Shown here piece after piece: positions 30,699 through 42,759 of a stretch of 64,000 nucleotides of DNA. The position numbers and the translations under genes were made by a program. Within the stretch, counting starts at the first letter, position 1, and each line of letters starts with the position of its first letter. Source of the DNA: Verrucomicrobiota bacterium. Lineage in GTDB: Bacteria; Verrucomicrobiota; Verrucomicrobiia; Limisphaerales; AAA164-E04. The stretch lies in NCBI GenBank assembly GCA_047947115.1, contig CP170459.1, forward strand, positions 1,984,001 to 2,048,000, written 5' to 3'. Under the pieces are notes generated by a model. That model saw only the letters and a list, made by a program, of their open reading frames with translations, was not told the origin of the DNA and searched no databases.

Positions 30699-33281
30699 GT
30701 GACTGCTTCTGGTTCAGACGATTCGAATTTGATTGCTTTTCCGCATGCCAAGGCTGATGGCCGGGTGCGGGTGGATGGCAAGTATTTTCGTGTGGACGGA
30801 GGATTGTGGGTGGCGCGTGGGGTTGCTTACGGTCCGTTTGGGCCGGGTGAGGGTGAAGGAGCGTTTGCATCCGTGGAGCAGACGACCCGTGATTTTGATC
30901 AGATGCGCTCACTCGGGCTGAATACGGTGCGCATATATCATGTGCCCCCGCTTTGGTTTCTGGATTTAGCTCAGGCCAAGGGTTTGCGGGTCTGGGTGGA
31001 TTTGCCCTGGGATCAGCATCGATTATTTTTGGAGCATGTACAAGAGGTGAAACACATTCGTCGGGGGCTGGTTCAATCCGTTTCAGCCTTTGCGCATCAT
31101 CCAGCTTTGTTTACGGTGTGTGTGGGGAATGAAATATCCTCTGAATTGATCCGTTGGCAGGGCGGGCGGAAGGTTGCCCGCTTTTTGGATGATCTGGTGG
31201 ATGACTTGCATCAAAAGCATCAGGGGATTTTGTGCACCTATGGTAATTTCCCGCCTACCGAATACTTTTGTTTGGAGGAAATTGATTTTCTCTCTTACAA
31301 CATCTACCTGCATGAAGCTAAAGCCATGGATCGTTACCTGGCTCGCCTGCAGTTGATGGCGGATGGAAAACCCCTGGTGGTGGGCGAGCTGGGGATGGAT
31401 ACGCTCATCAACGGACCAAAAGCTCAAGCTGACTATCTGAGTCAGCAACTTGCTCTTGCCGAACGGCATGCTTGTGCCGGGGTAGTGGTCTTTGGTTTCA
31501 CGGATGATTGGGTCAAGGACGGGGAACCCGTCACTGATTGGGCTTTCGGAATCACGGATGCGAATCGAAAGCCAAAACCCGCATGTGATGTCCTGAAATC
31601 ATGTTGGGCTATTCCGGAAAGGACTACATCGAACCTCCCGTTCGTTTCGGTAGTCATTGCCGCATATAACGCCGCTGATACTCTGGGGGCCTGTCTGGCC
31701 TCCTTGGAAAAGCTGGCGTATCCGAATTACGAGGTCATCATTGTGGATGACGGATCAAACGATAATACCCGCACCATTGCCGCTCGGTTTTCGTCTTTTA
31801 AATACATAGATCTTGGCACTAATCGTGGCTTGTCTGCTGCCCGTAATGCCGGGATACGTGCCGCCAAAGGTGAAATTGTTGCTTTTACCGATGCGGATTG
31901 TCAGGCGGATGCGCAATGGCTTCGATTTCTGGTTGCCGCATTTGAACAGAATGACTGGGCGGCAGTGGGAGGTCCAAATCTTTTACCACCGGATGATGGG
32001 TACGTTGCTGCCGCTGTCATGGCCACTCCGGGCGGCCCCGCGCACGTGATGTTGACGGATCGCATAGCCGAGCATATTCCCGGATGCAACATGGCTTTTC
32101 GGGCTGATGCGCTCAGGAAGGTGGGTTGTTTTGATCCTCAGTTCAGAGTGGCGGGTGATGATGTTGATCTGTGCTGGAGGTTCTTAAAGCGAGATATGAC
32201 CATTGGATTCGCTCCCGGAGCTTTCGTGTGGCATCATCGGCGCTCGACCATCGGGGCGTTCATACGTCAGCAGATGGGCTATGGAAGGGCGGAATCGCTT
32301 TTGTTTCGCAAGTATCCGTCGATGTTCAACGCACATGGAGATCATGTCTGGCATGGTCGCATATATGCCGAGCGACGTTTGGATCACACATTGGGCACTC
32401 CCAGGGTGTATCATGGACTTTATGGCTATGCTCCGTTTCAACCTCTTTATGGAGGCGTGCCTTCGCGATTTGCCGCTTTGCTGACTTCGTTTGACTACCA
32501 TTTACAGACGACTTTTCCCCTCCTGATGGCAGGGACGAGTGTGCCGTTTTTAGGTGGTTTGGCCTGGTGCAACCTGATGGCCTTCCTGATGGTGGGTATT
32601 TGGAGCGCTGCGGCAGCCCGTATTCCAAAGGACCGACGCAAGTGGTGGGGACGGTTTCTGTTGATCGCATTGCACCTGGCTCAACCCATGGCACGGAGTC
32701 TGGCCCGACTGCAGCAATGGACCCGCATGCGACAAACGGGAAACGCTTCCCGCGAACGTATGGAAGCCATGTGCCTGACCTATCGAGGGGGGAGGTTTGA
32801 TCGTGTTTCATTCTGGAACGAGACATCGGCGGGACGCCCCGAGTTCTTTGCCGCCTTCCGGCAGCGATTGGCCAAACTCCCCTGGGATATCTCGCTCAAC
32901 ACTCATTGGGATCGATTCGATGCCTGGTTGCCCGGCGGTTGGTGTTTCGATCTTCAGGTGTTTTCCGTGGACGAGTATTTCAAGGATGGCAAACGGCGTG
33001 TTAGTTTCCGGCTCGATCCCAAACCCACTTTTATGGCGCGCACCTGGTTGTTCTGGCTGCTTGGGGTGGGTATGGGTTTGGTTGGTTTTTTTGGGGTGAC
33101 TGTTTGGTGTCTGATCCTTCAAATGGGGTTGGCCGGCGGCGCATGGATGGCCTACCGTCACCTGCGGCAGAAACTTCTGGCCGAATGTCTGGTTGAATTG
33201 GTGGAAACAGCGGATACACTCGGCTGGACCTTGATGACAGACTCCGAATCAACGACTGTCGAACAAAGCAACGATTCATGA
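30699..33281 (+). CDS. fusion of a GH-A-type (GH2-like) TIM barrel, a family 2 glycosyltransferase and TM helices
   Basis: [12 protein letters not shown] (acid/base), VGELG (nucleophile); [39 protein letters not shown]. Confidence 0.85.
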   Translation: MTASGSDDSNLIAFPHAKADGRVRVDGKYFRVDGGLWVARGVAYGPFGPGEGEGAFASVEQTTRDFDQMRSLGLNTVRIYHVPPLWFLDLAQAKGLRVWVDLPWDQHRLFLEHVQEVKHIRRGLVQSVSAFAHHPALFTVCVGNEISSELIRWQGGRKVARFLDDLVDDLHQKHQGILCTYGNFPPTEYFCLEEIDFLSYNIYLHEAKAMDRYLARLQLMADGKPLVVGELGMDTLINGPKAQADYLSQQLALAERHACAGVVVFGFTDDWVKDGEPVTDWAFGITDANRKPKPACDVLKSCWAIPERTTSNLPFVSVVIAAYNAADTLGACLASLEKLAYPNYEVIIVDDGSNDNTRTIAARFSSFKYIDLGTNRGLSAARNAGIRAAKGEIVAFTDADCQADAQWLRFLVAAFEQNDWAAVGGPNLLPPDDGYVAAAVMATPGGPAHVMLTDRIAEHIPGCNMAFRADALRKVGCFDPQFRVAGDDVDLCWRFLKRDMTIGFAPGAFVWHHRRSTIGAFIRQQMGYGRAESLLFRKYPSMFNAHGDHVWHGRIYAERRLDHTLGTPRVYHGLYGYAPFQPLYGGVPSRFAALLTSFDYHLQTTFPLLMAGTSVPFLGGLAWCNLMAFLMVGIWSAAAARIPKDRRKWWGRFLLIALHLAQPMARSLARLQQWTRMRQTGNASRERMEAMCLTYRGGRFDRVSFWNETSAGRPEFFAAFRQRLAKLPWDISLNTHWDRFDAWLPGGWCFDLQVFSVDEYFKDGKRRVSFRLDPKPTFMARTWLFWLLGVGMGLVGFFGVTVWCLILQMGLAGGAWMAYRHLRQKLLAECLVELVETADTLGWTLMTDSESTTVEQSNDS

Positions 33282-34072
33282 AACAATATTTGGATTTGCT
33301 CAACCTCGTGCTGAACGAAGGGAAAGAAAAGACCGACCGGACTGGTACGGGAACGATCGCTGTCTTTGGCGCCCAGGCTCGGTTTCCGTTGCAGGATTCG
33401 TTTCCCGTTCTCACCACCAAGAAACTACATCTCCGCAGCATCATTCACGAATTGCTCTGGTTCCTGAAAGGGGAAACCAACATCGGCTACCTCAAGGACA
33501 ACGGTGTGTCCATCTGGGACGAATGGGCGGATAAGGAAGGAAACCTTGGTCGTGTGTACGGCGCCCAATGGTGCGATTGGCGAACGCCCGATGGACGATC
33601 CATCAACCAGATCGACCAGGTGATCGAGGATATTAAAAGGACTCCGGACAGTCGTCGTTTGGTGGTGTCTGCTTGGAATGTAGGTGAGATTGACCAGATG
33701 GCCCTGGCGCCCTGCCACGCCTTGTTTCAGTTTTTTGTGATCGACGGGGAATTGAGCTGTCAGCTTTATCAACGCAGTGCTGATTTGTTTCTGGGAGTTC
33801 CTTTCAATATCGCTTCCTATTCGCTGTTGACCCTGATGGTGGCTCAGGTATGCGGATTAAAACCGGGAACCTTTGTTCATACTTTTGGTGACCTGCACCT
33901 GTATTCCAACCACCTGGAACAAGCCCGGCTTCAATTGTCACGCGAGCCAAGGCCTTTGCCGAAAATGAGGCTCAATCCGGACATCAAGCATATCCATGAT
34001 TTCAAGTTCGAAGACTTCACGCTCGAAGGCTACGATCCTCATCCTGCCATCAAAGCTCCGATTGCGGTTTAA
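33278..34072 (+). CDS. thyA: thymidylate synthase
   Basis: [42 protein letters not shown]; 264 aa. Confidence 0.99.
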   Translation: MKQYLDLLNLVLNEGKEKTDRTGTGTIAVFGAQARFPLQDSFPVLTTKKLHLRSIIHELLWFLKGETNIGYLKDNGVSIWDEWADKEGNLGRVYGAQWCDWRTPDGRSINQIDQVIEDIKRTPDSRRLVVSAWNVGEIDQMALAPCHALFQFFVIDGELSCQLYQRSADLFLGVPFNIASYSLLTLMVAQVCGLKPGTFVHTFGDLHLYSNHLEQARLQLSREPRPLPKMRLNPDIKHIHDFKFEDFTLEGYDPHPAIKAPIAV

Positions 34073-34075
34073 TCC

Positions 34076-34546
34076 ATGAAGCCCTTTCAAGCCATTGCGG
34101 CCATGTCGGAGAACCGGGTGATCGGTGTTGAAAACCGTATTCCCTGGCATATTCCCGAGGATTTCAAATGGTTCAAAAAGAAAACCATGGGGCAGATTCT
34201 CATTATGGGTCGCAAGACCTACGAATCGATCGGACGCCCTTTGCCCGGACGGGAGACCGTGATCCTCAGTCGCTCCGGTTATGAGGTTTCCGGATTGCGG
34301 ACCTTTGAGGGCGTTCAGGATTTGATGGAGTGTTTCAAAGGAGATCAACGCATCCCGTTCATCTGTGGAGGAAGCGATATCTACCGGCAAACCCTGGAGT
34401 TGTGCAGTGATCTGTACCTGACCCAGGTGAAGGGATCATTCGAGGGTGACGCATTTTTCCCCGAGTTCGAGAGCTTTTTCCAGAACCCGGAAACAGTTCT
34501 TTCCCACGAACAGTTCACCGTGCTTCATTATCGTTCGCAGAGGTAA
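34076..34546 (+). CDS. folA: dihydrofolate reductase
   Basis: IAAMSENRVIG, IPWHIPED, MGRKTYESIGRPLPGR, GG..IY, EGDAFFP; immediately after thyA. Confidence 0.97.
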   Translation: MKPFQAIAAMSENRVIGVENRIPWHIPEDFKWFKKKTMGQILIMGRKTYESIGRPLPGRETVILSRSGYEVSGLRTFEGVQDLMECFKGDQRIPFICGGSDIYRQTLELCSDLYLTQVKGSFEGDAFFPEFESFFQNPETVLSHEQFTVLHYRSQR

Positions 34547-34738
34547 ATGCTTTGTTCATCGTCAGTGTCCGCGTGAGTGCTTCTTGCTGAGCTTGCGAAA
34601 AGGCGGTAGGCGATAGATTCATCCATGGCTTCCCGAAACGAACGTCGTAGAAAAGTAAGGACCCCACAAGGGCGCATCGGGACGTCACGATCTGCTGAAC
34701 CAAGATTGGCAAAAGAAAACGCAACACTTGCATCATGG

Positions 34739-34861
34739 TATAACGTTTGCCAAAAGTAATTTCAGAAATAACTCTGCGTCACTGCGTCCCTAGCGCAGCG
34801 GGCGTGAGAATAAGAAGCATCAGCGGGCCCTTATGCGCAAATACTTTTGGTAATCAGTATA
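34739..34861. mobile_element. MITE-like element, copy 1 (123 bp)
   Basis: TATA ends; imperfect 20-bp terminal inverted repeats TATAACGTTTGCCAAAAGTA / TACTTTTGGTAATCAGTATA; near-identical copy at 52870-52993. Confidence 0.8.
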
Positions 34862-34941
34862 ATCCTAAATCGGTCCATGATTCCACCGCTTTGAGCAAAT
34901 GACAGGCTGTCAAGGTTTCTGCCCGTTTCCCTGGATCGTCT

Positions 34942-35200
34942 TTAGTGGTCCAATTCAACAGATACCACTTTGGTTCCTTGCGCAATGATTTTGCACTGTT
35001 CCTCATAAGTATCGAAGAATCCTTTCAGAAAGATTTTCCACTTTGAGTATTTGTGGATTTCGTTAAAAGCGATGACTGGGATTTGTTGCTGAAGTTCATT
35101 CAAACGGCAGTGATCTGCCACGCCCTCCGGTCCTTTCAGCAGGATCTCTCTATGCTGTATGTTATCCCAATCCAAGTAGTGCGAAGCAAGATGTGATTCT
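34942..35200 (-). pseudogene. remnant of an AAA_14 (DUF4143-associated) ATPase
   Basis: YLDWDN…VIAFNEIHKYSKWKIFLKGFFDTY…KIIAQG resembles the Walker B region of AAA_14 proteins (D to N change); no Walker A or C-terminal domain. Confidence 0.7.
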
Positions 35201-35309
35201 TTCAGTTTAATTCGACTGCAATTGACTCGACGGGTGTAGCAGCAAAAATGAAATAGGTGTGGAGGCTTGATTGCCAACCGGTTCTGCACTGTTTCACGTT
35301 GGGAAGTGC

Positions 35310-36062
35310 TTATTGCAAAGGTCTCCTGACCGGTTCCTCCACTCCACCGTAGAAAAAGTGATGGGACCCGATCATGACTTTTGGTTTTTGGATGTATTTA
35401 TTGGCATTGACCCATTCAACATGGCCGTCCAGATAGCCTTCGTTCGATCCTTCCGGCGCATCTCCTTGACGGTTGAAGTGATTGACGCCTCGCATCAATG
35501 GGTCCGAGTCACCAGGGCGCTTCCAGTCGCCATCCAGTTGTCGATTGATATCGGTCCACAACACTTTGTAATAGGGATTATCGGTGTTTTTTTGAGCGAA
35601 GATGGGAACCCCGGCATTGAAGATGGATTTGTCGGGGTAGTAACTCTGGTTTTCGTTGTAAGCTTTGTTGGCCGCCCAATAGACATATCCGAACACTGAT
35701 TCACGGCCTCCGGGCCAGGTCCAGAAATCATCTCGCCCCCACTTTGCGTTGGAGGGGCAATAAAAAGAAGTACGCGGTACGCCATACTGTTCGTGGTAGG
35801 TGTCTCGGAATTTGACCGAATACCAGTGCGGGTTGATGTTGTCGGTCGGCTGGAAGTTCCCTTCGTAATCATCTGAATACATGAGGACAGCGTAGGTCAA
35901 CTGTTTGATGTTGTTGATGCAGGAAGTGCGCTTTGCCTTTTCCTTGGCTTTGGACAAAGCTGGTAAAAGCATACCGGCCAGGATGGCGATGATCGCGATG
36001 ACCACCAACAATTCAATCAGGGTAAACCCATGAGCCGTACGGGAGTATGTGCTGCGTTTCAT
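35310..36062 (-). CDS. prepilin-type N-terminal cleavage/methylation protein (DUF1559 / H-X9-DG-like)
   Basis: [39 protein letters not shown]…[13 protein letters not shown]; start ATG 36062. Confidence 0.92.
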   Translation of the reverse strand: MKRSTYSRTAHGFTLIELLVVIAIIAILAGMLLPALSKAKEKAKRTSCINNIKQLTYAVLMYSDDYEGNFQPTDNINPHWYSVKFRDTYHEQYGVPRTSFYCPSNAKWGRDDFWTWPGGRESVFGYVYWAANKAYNENQSYYPDKSIFNAGVPIFAQKNTDNPYYKVLWTDINRQLDGDWKRPGDSDPLMRGVNHFNRQGDAPEGSNEGYLDGHVEWVNANKYIQKPKVMIGSHHFFYGGVEEPVRRPLQ

Positions 36063-36173
36063 GATGAGTGGGCATTTTATAGCAGCGAATGTTGAAGAAC
36101 ACAAGATTGAGATTGTGAAGGGGATGAGGTGTATCTGGTTGCTTCGAGTGGTGTGTTTTGCGACATTGTCGCC

Positions 36174-39100
36174 ATGTCAACTTTCTTCCAGAATCACATA
36201 TCTCGGATCAGGAAAGCTGCTTATGCTTCTTGTTTCGGTCTTGTCTGGGCGGCCTGGTCCTGGAGTGGTATCTCAGTTGTTCGAGCTCAGGAGCCCGAAT
36301 TGGCTGCAGATTTGGTTCAAATCAGAAAATTGGAATTTGCGGCTTCTCCCCAGGCGGTCGGTTTTACCCGGATGCCATCAAACGTCACTCGGATGACATG
36401 GACCAATCTGGTTTCTCCCGAACAGGTGGAACTCAATCGCATCCTTGAAAACGGGTCGGGAGTGGCCGCTGGTGATGTGAATGGTGACGGTTTGTGTGAT
36501 TTATATTTCGCAACCCTAAATGGTCCCAATCATCTTTGCCTGAACCGAGGTGCTTGGGTGTTTGAGGATGTGGTGCTCGCCGGTGGTGCCGATTGTTCAG
36601 GCCAGGCCTCCACCGGAGTGCTGTTAGTGGATTTGGATGGTGATGCGGATCTTGATCTGTTGGTCAACGGTATTGGGACGGGCACCCGCATGTTTCTGAA
36701 TGATGGGGCAGGGCGCTTTTACGAAAAAGTGGATTCGGGGCTGCTTCACAGGGGGGGATGCATGTCCATGGCCATGGCCGATGCAGATCAGGATGGAGAT
36801 CTGGATCTGTATGTCACCCACTATCGCGAAAACACCTGGAAGGATCTGCCTCCCGGAGTGAATCCACGGGTGATTCAAAAAGATGGGAAACCTTATGCCA
36901 TGCCCGATGACCGTTTTGTCGCTGTGGCCTCCGGCGGACCTCGTCCTCAGATCATTGAAATCGGCGAGCCGGATGCCTTTTATCTGAATGACGGGAAGGG
37001 TGTTTTCACAAAGCAGTCCTGGATGGAAGGACGGTTTCTGGATGAACATGGAAACCCTTTGTCGGACCCACCCAGGCATTGGGGGTTGTCGGTGATGTTT
37101 CGTGATTTGAATGGCGACAAATTTCCGGATCTGATCGTGTGCAATGATTTTGCCTACGGTGAGGATCAGGTCTGGATCAATCAGGGCAAGGCGGTGTTTC
37201 GTCAAATCTCCAATGCCTCCATGCGGCAATCCAGCTGGTCTTCCATGGCGGTCGATGTGGCCGATATCAACCGTGATGGGCATGATGATTTTTTCGTGGT
37301 GGAAATGCTCAGCCGTCAGCATTCCAAGAGAATGACCCAACGGGCAAACCAGGAGACGGGGATTCAGTGGCCACCGGTTCGCATGCCCCTTGACCGGCCA
37401 CAAACCCAGAGGAACACATTGTTCATGGGGCGAGGGGATGGCTCTTACGCGGAAATTGCCAGGTTCGCCGGTTTGGATGCCACAGAATGGAGTTGGGGAA
37501 CAGCTTTTCTGGATGTGGATCTTGACGGATGGGAGGATCTGTTGGTGGCAAACGGAAACAATCATGACCTCCTGGATGGGGATGCGACCATTGCTGCCGT
37601 GACGCGGATGCGGTCGGCTCCAAGAGGCCGGACTCCGAGAACATTGTTGATGTATCCGTCCCTGTACACGCCCAATCTGGCTTTCCGTAACAGGGGCGAT
37701 ACCACCTTTGAGGAAACGAGTGATCAGTGGGGCTTTCACGATGCCGGTATTTCGCAGGGTTTGTGTCTGGCTGATTTGGATGGGGATGGGGATTTGGATG
37801 TGGTGTTGAACAACCTTCAGGACAAGCCGGGAATTTATCGCAATGACGCCACCGAACCCCGCATTTCTGTCTCGCTGGCGGGACGGTTGAACAATTCGGG
37901 AGGCATTGGCGCGCGGTTAATCCTGGAACCAGGCACCCCTTCGGATGTTCCGATCCAAACTCAGGTCATGATTTCAGGAGGGCGTTACCTTTCGTCCGAC
38001 CAGTCTCATCGGGTTTTTGCTTTGCCTGAGCAAATGGAAAAAGTGCGATTGAAAGTCGAATGGCCCTCCGGACGGAAAACTTTGCTGGATGGCATTCAAG
38101 CCAACGTTCATTACCACATTCGCGAACCAAACAATAGCATAGCAGAAACCACTGTCAAAAAGCAGGGTTTAACCACTAAACCTCTCTTCGAAAATGCGTC
38201 ACTACCGTTGAGTGTCGAGCATGCTTTCGAATCTCAGCCCGTCGAGCTGATTCCGCAACCGATGTTGCCCTACCTGATCGACCGGAAAGGCCCGGTCATG
38301 GATATGGCGACAACTCCCGCGGATGGGGAGTTGTTGGCGATAGGCCATGGAGCATGGTTTGGGGTGAGATCTTCCTTGGAACCTGGGAAAGTGGTCTCGC
38401 CCGGGGGAGCACATGGGTTAGCCTTGCATGGAAATGTTCGGGATGTCGCTGTCTGGACAGAGATCGATGGCATTCCTCGAGTGGCTGTTTCCATCAGTAA
38501 CCTCAAGGTGCTGGCTTCAGAGGGGCTCAAAGGGGTTCGATCGCATGCGAGTGTTCACATCTACAAATATCAGAAGGGTGTTCTAACGCTGAGTGAGTCC
38601 CTGATGGGACACGTGACGATGCCTGGCACATTGGCGCTGATTGATTACGATTCCGATGGCGACAAGGATTTGTTCGTAGGGGGACGCATGAATGCAGGCA
38701 GATATCCCGAACCGGCCATCTCAAGGCTTTATCGTAATGATCAGGGGCGTTTTAAGCTGGACCTTGATCAGAGTCGCGCCTGGTTTTCCATGGGGTTGGT
38801 CACCGATGCGATATCGGTGGATTGGGACGGGGACAAAGACATGGATTTGTTGGTTGCCTGTGAATGGGGCACCTTGCAGTTGTGGGACAATGTTGGAGGC
38901 AGTTTTACTGAGAAGACCGGGGCGGTTGGGTTCGCTGCACGTAAAGGTTTGTGGACTGCTTTGGAAGTGGTCGATCTGGATCAGGACGGGGATATGGATA
39001 TTGTGGCTGGAAATTGGGGAAACAATACCTCCTATCAAAGCCACCTTCATCACCCAGTGCGCATCTATCATGGAGATCTGGATCGCAACGGGACCTATGA

Positions 39101-39689
39101 CGTGTTGGAGAGCTACTTTGATTCAGAGCTAAAAGCACAGGTGCCTGCGCGAGATCTGATTGCTCTGGGAGAAGCCTTTCCTTTTATTCAGTCAAGGCAT
39201 CGAACTTATGTGGGGTTGTCCGGTCTCGGAGTGGAGCAGCTTTTTGAAGGAGTTGCGACTCTGGATCAATGGGTGGAAGCGCAAGATCTCGAGTCGGGGG
39301 TTTGGTGGAATGAAGGAGGGACTTTCGAATGGCAGGCGCTTCCGATGGCAGCCCAACTGTCCCCCGTCTCATCCATTGCAGTTGCCGATTTCAACGGGGA
39401 CAATCGACCTGACATTTTTCTGGGGCAAAACTTTCAGGCGATACGACCTGAAAACTCCAGATTCGACGCCGGTTTGGGTTTGGTTTTGATCAACGAAGGG
39501 GAAAAGAAATTTCGCTCCTTGTCTGCGGTAGAGAGTGGCATGCGTTTGTTAGGGGAACAAGATGCCGCATGGGCTGTTGATTGGAATCAAGATGGGCGGA
39601 CGGATTTGCTGGTTGGCCAGACCGCTGAAGCGTTGCAATTATTCCTTCAAACTAATGATCCTTCGATTGCTGCCGGTGCTCGTCAATGA
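36174..39689 (+). CDS. CRTAC1-family FG-GAP repeat protein with ASPIC/UnbV domain
   Basis: Signal peptide; many D-x-[DN]-G-D-G-x-x-D repeats; NSGGIGAR…SGGRYLSS…VEWPSG (UnbV-like); start ATG 36174. Confidence 0.9.
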   Translation: MSTFFQNHISRIRKAAYASCFGLVWAAWSWSGISVVRAQEPELAADLVQIRKLEFAASPQAVGFTRMPSNVTRMTWTNLVSPEQVELNRILENGSGVAAGDVNGDGLCDLYFATLNGPNHLCLNRGAWVFEDVVLAGGADCSGQASTGVLLVDLDGDADLDLLVNGIGTGTRMFLNDGAGRFYEKVDSGLLHRGGCMSMAMADADQDGDLDLYVTHYRENTWKDLPPGVNPRVIQKDGKPYAMPDDRFVAVASGGPRPQIIEIGEPDAFYLNDGKGVFTKQSWMEGRFLDEHGNPLSDPPRHWGLSVMFRDLNGDKFPDLIVCNDFAYGEDQVWINQGKAVFRQISNASMRQSSWSSMAVDVADINRDGHDDFFVVEMLSRQHSKRMTQRANQETGIQWPPVRMPLDRPQTQRNTLFMGRGDGSYAEIARFAGLDATEWSWGTAFLDVDLDGWEDLLVANGNNHDLLDGDATIAAVTRMRSAPRGRTPRTLLMYPSLYTPNLAFRNRGDTTFEETSDQWGFHDAGISQGLCLADLDGDGDLDVVLNNLQDKPGIYRNDATEPRISVSLAGRLNNSGGIGARLILEPGTPSDVPIQTQVMISGGRYLSSDQSHRVFALPEQMEKVRLKVEWPSGRKTLLDGIQANVHYHIREPNNSIAETTVKKQGLTTKPLFENASLPLSVEHAFESQPVELIPQPMLPYLIDRKGPVMDMATTPADGELLAIGHGAWFGVRSSLEPGKVVSPGGAHGLALHGNVRDVAVWTEIDGIPRVAVSISNLKVLASEGLKGVRSHASVHIYKYQKGVLTLSESLMGHVTMPGTLALIDYDSDGDKDLFVGGRMNAGRYPEPAISRLYRNDQGRFKLDLDQSRAWFSMGLVTDAISVDWDGDKDMDLLVACEWGTLQLWDNVGGSFTEKTGAVGFAARKGLWTALEVVDLDQDGDMDIVAGNWGNNTSYQSHLHHPVRIYHGDLDRNGTYDVLESYFDSELKAQVPARDLIALGEAFPFIQSRHRTYVGLSGLGVEQLFEGVATLDQWVEAQDLESGVWWNEGGTFEWQALPMAAQLSPVSSIAVADFNGDNRPDIFLGQNFQAIRPENSRFDAGLGLVLINEGEKKFRSLSAVESGMRLLGEQDAAWAVDWNQDGRTDLLVGQTAEALQLFLQTNDPSIAAGARQ

Positions 39690-40419
39690 TTGCCAGTGCT
39701 TGCGAAGCGCTCATCCTGAAGGCGAAATCGGTCACATGTGACAAAGGGGTTTCATCCGGATTGATCTCAATGAGAATTGCCCCCGCCTGTTTTGCTGCGT
39801 GAGCCAATCCGGCTGCGGGATAAACGACCGAGGAAGTTCCCGCTGAAAAAAAGACTTCACAGGTGGAAGCGACGGACTCGGCTTTTCGCATGGCGTCCAT
39901 TGGCAGCGACTCACCAAACCACACCACACCGGGTCGCAGATAACTGCCACAACATGGACATTTGGGAGGAAGTGTGGAAGTGGGGGCCCAATGTTCGATT
40001 TCATGTCCGTTGTCAAAGCAAAGGGTGCGGTGAATATTTCCGTGAAGTTCGATGACTTCCGTGGAGCCAGCTCTTTGATGAAGGCCGTCCACGTTTTGGG
40101 TGATCAGGTGAAACGCATCGATGTGATTTGCCAACGATGCGATGCGTTTGTGGCCTTCGTTGGGCCTTGCCTGGGAAATTAAATTGCGGCGGTGCTCATA
40201 CCAGTTCCACACACGTTCGGGATTGCTGAGAAATCCTTCCGGACTGGCGAGCTCTTCGGGACGATAGTTTGCCCACAGGCCTGTTTGGGCGTCCCGAAAT
40301 GTGGGGACGCCGCTCTCCGCAGAGATTCCCGCGCCCGTCATCATAGTCCAAATGCTTGTTTTCAGCAGAATGGAATGGAGGTTGTCCGGGATGGATTTCG
40401 TGTGAATATCAATGGGCAT
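39652..40419 (-). CDS. cobB: NAD-dependent protein deacylase (class III sirtuin)
   Basis: GAGISAESGVPTFR, WY..RR (YxxR, desuccinylase-type), TQNVDGLHQRAG, HGNI, RPGVVWFGE, GTSSVVYPAA. Confidence 0.95.
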   Translation of the reverse strand: MPIDIHTKSIPDNLHSILLKTSIWTMMTGAGISAESGVPTFRDAQTGLWANYRPEELASPEGFLSNPERVWNWYEHRRNLISQARPNEGHKRIASLANHIDAFHLITQNVDGLHQRAGSTEVIELHGNIHRTLCFDNGHEIEHWAPTSTLPPKCPCCGSYLRPGVVWFGESLPMDAMRKAESVASTCEVFFSAGTSSVVYPAAGLAHAAKQAGAILIEINPDETPLSHVTDFAFRMSASQALAIIDEHRQQSKDH

Positions 40420-40511
40420 TTACAGATATCATGGTTGCCAGCAGGATTTCCTTCAAGTAGGTTCCGGAGATTCTTTTTAGTCCGGCATCAAGGATCAAAA
40501 CAATATCGCAA

Positions 40512-42611
40512 ATGACACCATCGCAACAGCAACGAATCAAATCATCGACATCCATGTTTGCAAGTTTCCTGCTCTGCTTCTTCGTGGTGTCCTCTGGTGG
40601 GGGAACAACTGCGGACTTCAAGTTCTTGCAGCCTTTCGATGCAGGTGGGGCGGTCATTGACGCCGTGGTAAGTGCGGAAAGATCCGACCGCAATGACATG
40701 GTGCGTTCTTCGTTCGGTCCGCTGCAGGTTGAAAATCGATGGGACGTTGGGGAGATGTCCGATGAGGAGCAGCTTTATTTGGAATTGGTGAATCGAGCAC
40801 GTGCTAGCCCTGCGGCTGAGGGGGATTGGTTGGTGGACACCGGTGACAAAGACATTCTTTCTAACCTATCCTTTTTCAATGTGGATCTTGATCGAGTGTT
40901 GAACGATCCCGATTACGGGTTTTACCAGTTGGCTTCAGCGCCACCACTGGCTCCCAATGCCAGGTTGAATCAAGCGGCCAGGAAACACGCCCGGGACATG
41001 TTTGAGAACACGTTCCAAGCTCATGTGGGCAGCGATGATTCCACTGCTGGGGATCGGATCTCGTCGGTGGGATATAATTGGGGGGCTTACAGTGAGAATG
41101 TTTTCGCCCAGGCGGATTCAGTTGTCCACGGTCATGCTGGATTTCAAATTGATTGGGGTTTTGGTCCCGGTGGTGTTCAAAATCCTCCCGGTCATCGTAT
41201 TCAGATTCACAACGGTAATTATCGGGAATTCGGAGTGGGTGTAGTGAAAGGCAATAAACTCAATATGTTTCCCGATAGCAATGATCCAAAATACCGAAAT
41301 GTCGGTCCGCAGTTGGTGGCGCAGTTGGTGGCAAGGGAGTTCATTGACGGGCCATTTATTACTGGAGTCGCGTTTTACGATTTCAATGGAAATGCCTTTT
41401 ACGATTTGGGTGAAGGATTGGGGGGGGTCGCTGTGACAGTCCCGGGGAGCCTGTATCATGCCGTGACCGCCTCTTCCGGCGGGTATGCCATCCCTGTGGA
41501 TACGAACGGGAATTACTCCATCGGCATGGAAGGAGTGGGGCTGCCAAGTCTGACCTCTTCGGTCGTTGTTGCCAACAGAACCAATGTTAAAAAGGATTAC
41601 ATAGTGGATTACGCGCCAAGCGTGACGGGACCCTTAAAGCCTGTCCCCGGATTGCCCGCGACTTATCAGGTCAACCGCTTGCCTTTGGCTGAGAAATATC
41701 AAATCGAGCGGAACATCAGTGCCCCATTCACCGCAACCGAGGGTGGCGAGCAGGGGATGGATGAATTCAACTATGTGGGTATCGGTTCCTATACAGTGCT
41801 TCAATCGGTCATTACACACGCAGGAACCCATGCATTTCGTCTTGCACACAATGCTCCCATTGGTGATGAATTTCTGGAATGGAATCGAAATTTTGTGGTC
41901 AGTCCCGATGCTTCCATAACGTTTCAAAGTCGGTTGGGAAGTGCTTTTGAAAATGAGACCGCTTCCTTTCAGGTGAGTCCTAATGATGGAAAGAATTGGC
42001 ATTCGTTATGGACACAGGTCGGCACGTCATTAAACAGTAATCCGGTACTTGCACCTTCCGAGAGGGCATTCTCTCCGCGCGTCATCGATTTGAGTGATTT
42101 TGAAGGGCAAACCATCCGTGTTCGTTGGGTGTTTGAATTCACCAGGGGGCGTGTTTGGGTGGGCAGCGATGAGTTCCAGGGAACTGGGTGGTATATTGAT
42201 TCGATCAGCGCTACCGGATTGAAGTCTCTCGAAAGTACCGTATTTCCGGAGCAACCTGGAAACTCATTCACCATCACGCCTGAATCGACAGAACCCTTCA
42301 CACTCAGAGGGCGCGCTTTTATCAAAGGAGAGTGGCGCCCCTGGGGTGATCGTACGGCGGTCGGCGATTCGAGTTCCCAACTTGGTGCGCGCATTTTGGG
42401 AGTGAGCCAAAGTGGATCTCTCATGACAGTTCAACTTGAAATCCCGGGTGGAAATGGATCAGCCGTTTTTGAGTCGGCTAGTGCACTGAGTGGTCCATGG
42501 CTTCCGGCGGTTCCTGTATCTGTGGATCCGGGGCAACAACAAAATGTTCTGCACATCACCTTGGAAATCGGAACGGATGCTAATCGTTTTTTTCGAATCC
42601 ATACCGAGTGA
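40512..42611 (+). CDS. secreted CAP (SCP)-domain protein with downstream beta-sandwich domains
   Basis: N-terminal hydrophobic signal; EQLYLELVNRAR, LNQAARKHARDM, ENV, PGHR, EFGVGV; ITGVAFYDFNGNAFYDLGEGLGGV (SdrD-B-like). Confidence 0.85.
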   Translation: MTPSQQQRIKSSTSMFASFLLCFFVVSSGGGTTADFKFLQPFDAGGAVIDAVVSAERSDRNDMVRSSFGPLQVENRWDVGEMSDEEQLYLELVNRARASPAAEGDWLVDTGDKDILSNLSFFNVDLDRVLNDPDYGFYQLASAPPLAPNARLNQAARKHARDMFENTFQAHVGSDDSTAGDRISSVGYNWGAYSENVFAQADSVVHGHAGFQIDWGFGPGGVQNPPGHRIQIHNGNYREFGVGVVKGNKLNMFPDSNDPKYRNVGPQLVAQLVAREFIDGPFITGVAFYDFNGNAFYDLGEGLGGVAVTVPGSLYHAVTASSGGYAIPVDTNGNYSIGMEGVGLPSLTSSVVVANRTNVKKDYIVDYAPSVTGPLKPVPGLPATYQVNRLPLAEKYQIERNISAPFTATEGGEQGMDEFNYVGIGSYTVLQSVITHAGTHAFRLAHNAPIGDEFLEWNRNFVVSPDASITFQSRLGSAFENETASFQVSPNDGKNWHSLWTQVGTSLNSNPVLAPSERAFSPRVIDLSDFEGQTIRVRWVFEFTRGRVWVGSDEFQGTGWYIDSISATGLKSLESTVFPEQPGNSFTITPESTEPFTLRGRAFIKGEWRPWGDRTAVGDSSSQLGARILGVSQSGSLMTVQLEIPGGNGSAVFESASALSGPWLPAVPVSVDPGQQQNVLHITLEIGTDANRFFRIHTE

Positions 42612-42759
42612 TCGGGCAAATCTTGTTTCCGACAATGATTTGCGAGTCATCTGAATCTGTCGTTTAATCACCTCTCATGACATGTCGCGATTGACACCAT
42701 TAAAATTGCCGAGCACCCAAGTCTTGATTTTTGTACGCGATTCATGATGAGATGCGCCT

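Noticed and set aside
34515..34736. 73-aa minus-strand ORF between folA and the MITE
   Set aside because: No motif or RBS, and it overlaps the folA 3' end.
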